Assembly: GCA_050953365.1 (NCBI GenBank) | Contig: JBMNMN010000009.1 | Coordinates: forward strand, 117,313-181,312 | Reading direction: 5' to 3' | Source: Anaerovoracaceae bacterium | GTDB taxonomy: Bacteria > Bacillota > Clostridia > Peptostreptococcales > Anaerovoracaceae | Length of the DNA: 64,000 nt | Program-made: the position numbers and the translations under genes | The notes under the pieces: generated by a model | What the model saw: only the letters and a program-made list of their open reading frames with translations | The model's database searches: none | What the model was told of the DNA's origin: nothing | Shown: piece by piece, positions 40,424-48,929 of the stretch | How positions within the stretch are numbered: position 1 is the stretch's first letter | Layout: every line of letters begins with the position of its first letter

Positions 40424-42637
40424 TCACAACAAAAACTCTTTCAGCTTGGGCTTTAAACCGGAATATCGTTCCAGAATCCTGTTGTTGTCTACCATTGCCC
40501 GCATTTTATCTTCCGAGCCTACCAGAATTACCGCTTCTTTAGCACGGGTTACGGCGGTATAAAGCAGGTTGCGTGTAGCCAGTACCGGAGGAAACCAAGA
40601 TATGGGCATGATAACTACGGGAAATTCACTGCCTTGACTCTTGTGAACCGTTACCGCATAGGCCAGGTCCAGTTCCTCCAGATTCGTCACATCGTAGGTC
40701 ACGTATTTATTATCCTCATAAACGACTGTGATTTCGTTGAACTCGTTGTCAATGGTATGGATAAAACCGCAGTCTCCGTTGAATACGCCCTGTCCTTCGG
40801 TGAAGTCGTCAAATCGTTTCCATTCCAGCTGGTAATTGTTTTTAATCTGCATCACCTTATCGCCTTCGCGAAACAACCGGTCACCCAGACGCTTTTCTTT
40901 CACGCCTTCAGAAGGGGGATTAAGAATCCGCTGCAGTTCCTTGTTCAGGTTGATACATCCCAGAAGTCCCTTGCGGACCGGCGTAAGGATTTGCAAATCC
41001 CTTAGCGGATCGCAATTCTCAAAATAAGAAGGCAAGCGCCGAGCGCACAGATCCAGGATCGTGGCCAGCATCTCCTTTTCGCTTTTGCGGTGCAACAGGA
41101 AGAAGTCCTTGTCCCTCTCGTTGACATCCGGATATTCGCCTCTGTTGATCTTGTGGGCGTTGACTACGATAAGGCTCTCTTTGGCCTGGCGAAAAATCTC
41201 GGTCAACTTTATAGAAGAGATGATCTCGCTCTCTATGACATCCCTGAGAACATTTCCTGCGCCCACCGGCGGCAGTTGATCCGCATCCCCTACAATGATC
41301 AGCCGCGTTCCCGCGGGTATAGCCTCAAGCAAACCCTTCATCAGCATAATGTCGATCATAGATGCTTCATCGATGATAATGGCGTCGAAACGCAAAGGGT
41401 TTTCCTCATTTTTGCCGAAGCGCATACTGTCTTCGCCTTCGGAGTAGTAGTACTCCAGCAACCTGTGGATGGTGGACGCTTCATGGCCGGAAGTTTCCGT
41501 GATCCGCTTTGCCGCTCTCCCCGTCGGCGCTGCAATTGCGGCGGAAAACCCGTTGTGCCGGAAGATTGCCATAATGGTGTTAATAATGGTTGTTTTTCCC
41601 GTTCCGGGACCGCCGGTAATCACGGCCACCCCGCTTTTCATGGCGATCCGCACCGCTTGCTTCTGATTTTCCGACAGCTCGATTCCGGTCTGTCTCTCCG
41701 TCAGCTCAATGAGCTCATCTATGTTCCCACGAATCGGTTTCAAGACTGCCCGATCCAATTCCAAAAGCTTCCGGCATACCTTCTGTTCGGCCATGAAATA
41801 AGGCAACAAGTAAACAACCGCACGCCCCTCCAGATTCTCTACCTGCAGGTCGCCTTCAAAGGCCATTTGAACGATAGTTTCGTACACTTCTTCGGCGCTT
41901 ATGTCGAGAAGCTCTCCTGCCAGCTCGCACAGCTGTTTTTGAGGCAAAAAGGTATGACCTTCATTAATATGAGACCACAGCGTAAAGCGGATGCCGCAGC
42001 GAATCCGCTGCGGATCGTTTTCGGGTACGCCGAGGAGCCGGGCTATACGGTCCGCTTTTCGGAAGCCGATGCCAAAGACATCTTCCACCAGCTGATAGGG
42101 ATTTTCTTCTATGGTCTTAATAGTGTCGGAGCCGTAGACCTTGTACAGCCGCATGGCATAACCTGTAGAAATTCCGAATCTTTGAAAATAGAGCACGATC
42201 TCGGCAAACTCCTGATGGGCAGCAAATGCTGCCGAAATGGCTTCCGCCTTCACTTTGCCGATCCCGTCCACCTCTGTGAGCCGATGGGGTTCCTCGGCGA
42301 TAATCCGCAGAGTGTCTTCCCCGAATCTTTTCACCATGGCTTGGGCCGTCTTTTTTCCGATGCCCTTCATGATGCCGGAACTGAGAAAGTTCTGAATTCC
42401 TTCTGCGGTTTTAGGTATTTCCTCCACATAGGTTTCAAAAACGAATTGCTCTCCGTAAGTGGGGTGAGTTTTCCAATTGCCCGTTAAGCGGTAGGACCTT
42501 CCCCTATCCGGATTATGAAGATAGCCCACTGCAGTAAACTGCTCCTGGGCTTCTTCGTTTTCGATGACTGCAATCGTATATCCGTTGCTATCGTTATAAT
42601 AAATGATATCGGAAAGGATACCTGTTTTTTGTTCCAT
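40424..42637 (-). CDS. recD2: RecD2-type ATP-dependent DNA helicase
   Basis: 737 aa. HhH N-terminal region, Walker A GGPGTGKTT, IIDEASM and C-terminal TVHKSQGSEF. Confidence 0.9.
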   Translation of the reverse strand: MEQKTGILSDIIYYNDSNGYTIAVIENEEAQEQFTAVGYLHNPDRGRSYRLTGNWKTHPTYGEQFVFETYVEEIPKTAEGIQNFLSSGIMKGIGKKTAQAMVKRFGEDTLRIIAEEPHRLTEVDGIGKVKAEAISAAFAAHQEFAEIVLYFQRFGISTGYAMRLYKVYGSDTIKTIEENPYQLVEDVFGIGFRKADRIARLLGVPENDPQRIRCGIRFTLWSHINEGHTFLPQKQLCELAGELLDISAEEVYETIVQMAFEGDLQVENLEGRAVVYLLPYFMAEQKVCRKLLELDRAVLKPIRGNIDELIELTERQTGIELSENQKQAVRIAMKSGVAVITGGPGTGKTTIINTIMAIFRHNGFSAAIAAPTGRAAKRITETSGHEASTIHRLLEYYYSEGEDSMRFGKNEENPLRFDAIIIDEASMIDIMLMKGLLEAIPAGTRLIIVGDADQLPPVGAGNVLRDVIESEIISSIKLTEIFRQAKESLIVVNAHKINRGEYPDVNERDKDFFLLHRKSEKEMLATILDLCARRLPSYFENCDPLRDLQILTPVRKGLLGCINLNKELQRILNPPSEGVKEKRLGDRLFREGDKVMQIKNNYQLEWKRFDDFTEGQGVFNGDCGFIHTIDNEFNEITVVYEDNKYVTYDVTNLEELDLAYAVTVHKSQGSEFPVVIMPISWFPPVLATRNLLYTAVTRAKEAVILVGSEDKMRAMVDNNRILERYSGLKPKLKEFLL

Positions 42638-42644
42638 AATAAAC

Positions 42645-44051
42645 CTATTTCACAAGATATATGTTCCGAAATTTTGCCCGTATGGGGTTTTTTAAGGCCT
42701 TCGCTTTTTTTAGCAGCTTCGGTTTCGTATTGAGGCCGGGGAAACGATGAACCACATCCAAAAGCATGTTAAGCATCTCTCCCACCTTTTCTCCCTCTAC
42801 GATGCCGGCTTCGATAAGATCATTGCCGTCGATGGCTAAGTCTTCCACATAAATGGGTTCCTTGCTTTTCTTGATGTCATCCAGGATATAATAGCGGCTT
42901 TCGATACGGTACCCCGGGGTTTCATAGACTTCGCGCTGTTGCTTGCACAAACTGGTGAGGAAGTCGTAAACATCTTCCCCATTAAGATAGATAAACCTTT
43001 TCAGCGAGTATTTATCCACCGCAAAGTACAGGTCCATCAGCAGATTCTGCGCGGCCTTCTGCATCCGAGCCCGTTCTTTGCTCAGGTTCAGTTCATCGAT
43101 GGCCTTCATAGCCTTTTTCTTCTCAAAACAGAGCAGCAGCAAAGCAAGACGAAGATCTGCATCGCATCTTGATCGATCAATATTTTGAATCAGCACGGAA
43201 AGATCCCCGTTTTCCATTCTACCTTTTGGCGGATAGCAATCGTTAAAAATAGCATTGAGTACGTTTGTAGAAACGCACATCCTCAGGGCTTTCCCTGTAT
43301 TTTTCGTGGTCAGAAGCCTTTCGAATTCTGTTCTTCTCCTGTCCATGCTGATCTGTTCCAACAGGCAAGCGGTCTTCTGCATGGCCGTAAAAGTATCCAT
43401 GGTCAAGTCGAAATCCAATTGCCCCGCCAATCGAATCCCGCGAAGGATGCGCAAAGGATCTTCCGTAAACCGCTTCTCCGGATCGCCTATAGTACGAATG
43501 AGCCGATCCTTAAGATCCTTGCGGCCGTCATAAGGATCGATGATTCCTTTCTGCGGATGATAGGCCATTCCGTTGATGGTAAAATCACGCCTGGCCAAAT
43601 CCTCTTCGATGTTGTCGGTAAATATCACGTCATCGGGACGTCTGTGATCGGAGTAATTTCCGTCTATACGTAATGCGGCAACGTCCGCTGTCAGATCGCC
43701 TTTTCTTACTCTGACGACCCCGTACTTTCGGCCGGTACTATCTTTGCGCCCGTCCTTTGAGTCATCTTCAGCTTTGCTTTTGGCCATATCGTCGGCCACG
43801 CTTTTAAGTTCGTCATCGTTGGCAATGCTCGCTCCGCTTCCGCTTTTGTCATCAGCTGTGTCAGCCACGCTTTTTCCATCACCAAAGAGCTCCGCCACCC
43901 TCTCCGGGGGCACATTACTGGCAAGATCCCAGTCTTCCGGCTGTATACCGAGCAGCAGGTCCCGCAGGCTGCCGCCCACAATGTATACTTGATATCCGTC
44001 ATCTTCAATGGTTTTCATGATTCCGGTTATTTCTTTTGGCAACCGCAGCAT
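42645..44051 (-). CDS. cca: CCA-adding enzyme / poly(A) polymerase-family tRNA nucleotidyltransferase
   Basis: Head-domain motif IVGGSLRDLLLG and body-domain blocks (RILRGIRLA). Contains an Asp/Lys/Ser-rich insertion of about 50 aa. Confidence 0.8.
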   Translation of the reverse strand: MLRLPKEITGIMKTIEDDGYQVYIVGGSLRDLLLGIQPEDWDLASNVPPERVAELFGDGKSVADTADDKSGSGASIANDDELKSVADDMAKSKAEDDSKDGRKDSTGRKYGVVRVRKGDLTADVAALRIDGNYSDHRRPDDVIFTDNIEEDLARRDFTINGMAYHPQKGIIDPYDGRKDLKDRLIRTIGDPEKRFTEDPLRILRGIRLAGQLDFDLTMDTFTAMQKTACLLEQISMDRRRTEFERLLTTKNTGKALRMCVSTNVLNAIFNDCYPPKGRMENGDLSVLIQNIDRSRCDADLRLALLLLCFEKKKAMKAIDELNLSKERARMQKAAQNLLMDLYFAVDKYSLKRFIYLNGEDVYDFLTSLCKQQREVYETPGYRIESRYYILDDIKKSKEPIYVEDLAIDGNDLIEAGIVEGEKVGEMLNMLLDVVHRFPGLNTKPKLLKKAKALKNPIRAKFRNIYLVK

Positions 44052-44175
44052 ACGTATTTTTCTCCTTTTTAGCTATAGTGTTTATACGGTTTTGTATGAT
44101 CATAAATCGCCTTGGACATAAATCCAAAACGTTGAACCCTTCTGACAAAAAGGCTGAAAGCGTATCACATGGTTC

Positions 44176-45135
44176 TCAGAACGACGGCTTATACAGTTTT
44201 CTATTGTCCAGAGTCCAGACTCGCTCAGAGAAGTCACCCGGCTTGGTCCCAAATAGCGCATCCTCCATATCGTACATTCTGGCATCCACGATGTCCAGAT
44301 AATGAAGAATTTCCGCCTCGGGGAAAAGCGGTTTTTTAGGGCTTCCAAATTCCGGTTCGTAATGATGGGAGAGTATCATATGTTCGAGCATAACCGCTTT
44401 CTCTTTACTCATCCCCAACTCTTCCGCCAAACGGTCGACGGTCTTAACTCCTTGCACCAAATGGCCGAGAAGCTGTCCTTCGAAAGAATAACCTGAGGCC
44501 ACGCCAATCTCGTTGGCATCAATTTCATTGAGCTTTTCAATGTCGTGAATAATAACGCCGGTGATGACCAAGTCACGATTTAGGTTCGTATAAACCTGAC
44601 AGAAGTGTTCCCCCATAGCTATCATCCGTTTCATATGGTAGAGAAGGCCGCTCTTTTCAGCATGATGATTCTTCACAGCCGCCGGATAGTAAAGAAGCTT
44701 TTCTCTGTTGTCGGAAAGGATCCGCGCACAAAGAGCCTTCAGTTCCGGGTCGGTTATGGAAGCCACCGCTTCCTCTAAAAAAGCCAGCATATCTTCCGGT
44801 TTCTCGGGAGCGGTGCGAATAAAATCGCTCATCTCTACACCGTCCTGGGCCACCGCTTTCCTGATTCGCAGAACGCGAAGCTGCTTTAGTCCGTTCCATT
44901 CGGTGACCTGAGCCTTAACTTTTACGATTTCCCCGGCTTCTATTTCGTTCAACGAAGGAAGCTCCGTATCAGCAACGTCCCATTTCTTTGCCGTAATTTC
45001 TCCCGTGTTGTCTGCCAGAAGAAGATCCAAATACTGTTTCTTGTTCGATCCCAGCTTCACCGCAATATTCTTAACCATAAAGAAATCTTGTATCTCATCA
45101 TCGGTAGTCAACAGACTCACGTAATGCTGTTTCAT
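44176..45135 (-). CDS. yhaM: 3'-5' exoribonuclease YhaM (OB-fold + HD domain)
   Basis: 319 aa. N-terminal OB fold and HD-domain blocks HHAEKSGLLYH and IIHDIEK. Confidence 0.8.
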   Translation of the reverse strand: MKQHYVSLLTTDDEIQDFFMVKNIAVKLGSNKKQYLDLLLADNTGEITAKKWDVADTELPSLNEIEAGEIVKVKAQVTEWNGLKQLRVLRIRKAVAQDGVEMSDFIRTAPEKPEDMLAFLEEAVASITDPELKALCARILSDNREKLLYYPAAVKNHHAEKSGLLYHMKRMIAMGEHFCQVYTNLNRDLVITGVIIHDIEKLNEIDANEIGVASGYSFEGQLLGHLVQGVKTVDRLAEELGMSKEKAVMLEHMILSHHYEPEFGSPKKPLFPEAEILHYLDIVDARMYDMEDALFGTKPGDFSERVWTLDNRKLYKPSF

Positions 45136-45207
45136 GTTTTCAGTCCTCCATTTTGTAGTTTCTTCATTATATCATAAAATGCGCGATATTTTATATAACG
45201 GTATTTA

Positions 45208-45319
45208 TAATACCAAGCATTTCGCGTAATACCAAGCATTTCGCGTAATACCAAGCATTCGCGTAATACCAAGCATTTCGCGTAATACCGGGCATTCGCG
45301 TAATACCAAGCATTTCGCG
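45208..45319. repeat. 6 x 18-19-bp tandem repeat TAATACCAAGCATTTCGCG
   Basis: Units start at 45208, 45227, 45246, 45264, 45283 and 45301. Units 3 and 5 lack one T, and unit 5 has CAA>GGG. Confidence 0.95.
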
Positions 45320-45350
45320 CTGCATCGCTGTTCAAAAGATGCAGACCGGA

Positions 45351-45530
45351 AAAAGTCAACTAATTAAGGTATATTATTATTTTTTAGTTGATATTATTTC
45401 CAAAAAATGTAATTTTTCTTGTCTGGAATATTTGAACTCAACTAATTTTTCAAAATATCTCTATAGTAGTTGATTTTTTCATTAAAAAGTCAGCTAATAT
45501 ATTGTATTTAACTATTATTAGTTAATTTTC
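45351..45530. repeat. palindromic units E-G of locus 2 (TCAACT-N24-AGTTGA family)
   Basis: Core pairs at 45356/45386, 45438/45468 and 45490/45520 (the last pair is degenerate: TCAGCT/AGTTAA). Confidence 0.9.
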
Positions 45531-45699
45531 TTACTTTTCTGCCTGTTTGTTGTAGATTAAAAATGTAGAAAGTTGCAGGACAAAAATCCATAATATTGCA
45601 AGTTGGATTTTGCATAATATTGCAGAAGATCCATTGCAGGTAAAATCCCCATCACTTATCCTTGTATCTGACCAAAGAATGCAAGGAGGAAAAAGGAGA

Positions 45700-47241
45700 A
45701 TGCTCACAATGGATCAAATACATGATATCAGACGCAGGTATTATGAAAAAGGGGGAAATATTTCACAAATAGCATCCGCCCTACAGCTGGATTGGAGGAC
45801 TGTACGCAAGTACATAGACATGAAAGATTTTAACGAGCCTGTAGCCAAACCGGCTTCTCAACAGCGATTTTGCCCTAAATTGGACGCCTTCAAGCCTGTC
45901 ATTGACGAGTGGCTTGAAAATGACAAGTCTGCTCCGAGAAGTCAAAGACATACAGCCAAACGGGTCTACAAGCGCCTAACAAAGGAAGTAGAAGGGTTTA
46001 ACTGTTCCTATCGCCTGGTAGCCCAGTACGTATCCTATCGAAAGAAACAGATCTATGCCGGTGAAAATGCAGGTTACCTGCCCTTGGAACATAAACCCGG
46101 TGAAGCTCAAGTAGATTTTGGTACCGCTGAGTTTTATGAAAATGGCAGGCGTGTTACCGGAAAGTACCTGGAAGTATCCTTCCCCTACAGTAACAAAGGT
46201 TTTCTGCAGCTGTTCTATGGCGAAAACATGGAGTGTCTGCTGGAAGGCCTGGACACAATCTTTCGCCATATCGGAGGGGTTCCCCATGAACTGTGGTTTG
46301 ATAACACCAAGACGATTGTCACCAACATAATCCGTGATGGAGGAAGAAACTTGACCGATAAGTTTCAACGCTTTCAGGGAGCATTACGGATTTAAGGCTG
46401 TATTCACGAACCCGGGAGAAGGCCATGAAAAAGGCAATGTGGAAAGCAAGGTGGGTTATCAGCGCAGAAACTTCTTAGTCCCGGTCCCTCGCTTTCCTCT
46501 CTCTTTCCGATTTCAATAGGCAACTCCTAACCATGTGCGAGGAGGACGCAGACCGGGAACATTACAGGCACAACCAAGACAATTGAGGAACTGTTTCAAG
46601 CCGATCGGAAAGCCTTAAAACCGCTACCTTCTATTCCATTTGATTTGACAAGGCGTGTTACCCAAAAGGCGAATAAATGGGGTAAAGTCTATCTGAATAA
46701 AGGGCTACATGAATATTCCGTATCGCCAAAGCATGCAGGACTTATGGTCAACATAGTACTCAGTTCCGGCATGGTGATCATCCAAGATGAAAACTACAGG
46801 GAGATTGTCCGGCACAAACGTCTTTATGGGGACTACAAGCAGCAGAGTATGGACTGGCTCCCTTATCTCAAACAGCTATCCCACCGCCCTCGTGCTTTGA
46901 AATACAGCGGCGTGTACGAAATGATGCCCAAATCCATGCGGCAATACCTGGAATCCTGTCAAAATTCAGAGGTTGGGCAAATCCTAAAGATCCTTGCAGA
47001 ACTTACGGAGAGTACGGGATTTGAAAGTGCTGTTAACACGGTGAATCAGGCGTTACAGTATCAGGTAACAGATAGTGATAGCCTTAAAAGCCTATACAGA
47101 AGACTGTATATGGATGTGCCTGAGCTTCCTCCCATGCAGCTTTATGAGCAGATCCCGACAATGCAAACATTCACACCGAGTCTCACCACCTACGACGAAT
47201 TCATTAAGAGAAGGGAGGCAGTTGGCAATGCTGGATCATGA
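45700..47241 (+). pseudogene. istA: istA (IS21 transposase) disrupted by at least three frameshifts
   Basis: Three fragments in different frames: 45700..46395 (HTH plus GEAQVDFG), 46376..~46640 ([36 protein letters not shown], then [24 protein letters not shown]), and 46645..47241. Confidence 0.8.
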
Positions 47242-47985
47242 AATCGCCGAATGTTGCAAACAGCTGCGTTTAAGCCGGAACTTGGCGGAAATGGCTCAAT
47301 CCGTAAAGGGTGAAAGCCATCAGGAATATCTATACAACCTACTGTCTTCGGAACTTCAGTATCGAAAAAATGCCCGTGTAGAAAAGCTAATTAACAGCGC
47401 CGGCTTCTATTCCATTAAAACCTTTGAAGGGTATCGGTTCGATGAGATCACCCTGCCGGCGGACCTTTCCATAGAGAGCCTGAAATCCTTGAACTTTATC
47501 CATGAAAAGAAGAACATCATCATGTATGGGGGCACGGGTACCGGCAAAACCATGTTATCAATAGCTTTAGGCGTAGCAGCTTGCAAACGGGGTATTCCTG
47601 TTAAGTTCTTCCGCACAGCCGCTTTAGTAAATGCGCTCTCTGAAGCGAAAAAAGCAGGGACACTGAGCGCATTTTTAAAGAAGCTAAACCGGATTGAGCT
47701 CATAATTTTAGATGAATACGGCTATGTGCCCCTTGATAGAACAGGTTCCCAGCTTCTTTCGAAATCATATCGGATTGTTATGAACGCCGGAGCATCATAC
47801 TGAATACAAACCTTGAATTTTCAAGATGGGTCAATGTGCTTTATGATGAACAAATGACAGCAGCCATGTTGGACCGGTTACTGCACCATTGCTATCTGCT
47901 ACTGTTTCCTGGTCCAAGCAACAGGATGAAAGAGTCAAGTATCAATGATCTATATCGCTCAATATCATCGGAAGGGACCAACTAA
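47228..47985 (+). pseudogene. istB: istB (IS21 helper ATPase) with a 3' frameshift
   Basis: Walker A GGTGTGKT and Walker B IILDEYGY. The frame breaks near 47760, and the conserved tail SIILNTNLEFSRW...LDRLLHH continues in another frame to the stop at 47985. Confidence 0.8.
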
Positions 47986-48147
47986 GAAACGTTAGCCTGC
48001 ACCCGGACCGGGGGTTAATCACCTAAAATCCGGGACTGCAAAACTATGGAAAATGCATAGTGCAACATTCTGCATTTTTAACTTGCAACTTTCTGCAAAA
48101 AGTACTTGCAAAAAACATTCTGCCGCATTTTGGCCTTTCATTCCATC

Positions 48148-48190
48148 AAAAATCAACTAAAAATGAATGTAACAAGCTTTTTAGCTAACT
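48148..48190. repeat. palindromic unit H of locus 2
   Basis: TCAACT at 48153 and AGCTAA at 48183 (24-nt spacer). With the IS21 and one TSD copy removed, it lies exactly 82 bp after unit G. Confidence 0.85.
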
Positions 48191-48576
48191 GCCTGATTCT
48201 CTCATCTTCTTTCCATCTTTTTGCCGTATTAAAAAGCAACTGCTATATAAAATAATACCTTATATTTTAATTTCTGTAAATATTATCTAATTATTTATTT
48301 TAAGGTTTCAGTTTTTACAATAACATCTATTTTTATTCATGGAGTTTTCGTATATAATTCGTATATAAATTAGATACCAATTAGGCTAGGCGCGAAACAT
48401 TATTTGCAGCCCAGATGCGACACATTACTCGAATTACAAATGTAGCTATATAGCTTACGAATGTTAGCTTTATAACGCATTAATCTGTTAATAAGCAGGT
48501 GAGCTAATGGGTAGAATGCTAATAATATGAAGGCTCAATACATTGCGTATTCCAAACAAACGGGATGTGCCAGTAG

Positions 48577-48748
48577 ATTGATAGAACACAACCGGACCGG
48601 TGTTTGACAATGATAGACAATTGATAGTTCGCAACCGGACCGGTGTTTGACAATGATAGACAATTGATAGAACACAACCAGACCGGTGTTTGACAATGAT
48701 AGACAATTGATAGTTCGCAACCGGACCGGTATTTGACAATGATAGACC
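48577..48748. repeat. 4 x 43-bp tandem repeat (two alternating variants)
   Basis: Unit is ATTGATAG(AACAC/TTCGC)AACCGGACCGGTGTTTGACAATGATAGACA, starting at 48577, 48620, 48663 and 48706. Each unit contains ACCGGACCGGT and TTGACA. Confidence 0.95.
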
Positions 48749-48826
48749 CATGAATGAGACCAATGAATGAGACCAATGAATGAGATCCATGAATGAGACC
48801 AATGAATGATAGACCAATGAATGAGA
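48748..48826. repeat. 6 x ~13-bp tandem repeat CCAATGAATGAGA
   Basis: Units start at 48748, 48760, 48773, 48786, 48799 and 48814. CAATGAT-like motifs continue to about 48885. Confidence 0.9.
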
Positions 48827-48929
48827 TCAATTATAGACAATGATATAACAATGATAGAACATTAATAGGCCAATGATAACCATTAGTAGTACATTAATTA
48901 AGCAATCGATGATAAAAGGAGAGGTACCG

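Larger units (their letters stand above)
45544..48117 (+). mobile_element. IS21-family insertion sequence, decayed
   Basis: Starts with TG and ends with CA. About 36-bp imperfect IRs: TGTTTGTTGTAGATTAAAAATGTAGAAAGTTGCAGG versus the rc of the right end, TGTTTTTTGCAAGTACTTTTTGCAGAAAGTTGCAAG. 7-bp TSD TTCTGCC at 45537..45543 and 48118..48124. Multiple subterminal TTGCA(G/A) repeats. Confidence 0.85.

Noticed and set aside
41090-42487. 465-aa ORF antisense to recD2
   Set aside because: Same same-phase antisense shadow effect caused by avoidance of TTA/CTA/TCA codons. The sequence is not protein-like.
45132-45359. 75-aa minus-strand ORF upstream of yhaM
   Set aside because: It is composed almost entirely of the 19-bp tandem repeat translated in frame (NAWYY..., CLVLRE...). 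It has no SD.
48577-48748. Possible CRISPR array
   Set aside because: The 43-bp units are contiguous with no spacers, only four copies are present, and no cas genes occur in the window.
48488-48840. Three overlapping 100-aa minus-strand ORFs in all three frames
   Set aside because: They run through the stop-free 43-bp and 13-bp tandem repeats. The repetitive peptide sequences (SLVSFMGL, HWSH...) are a by-product of the DNA repeats.
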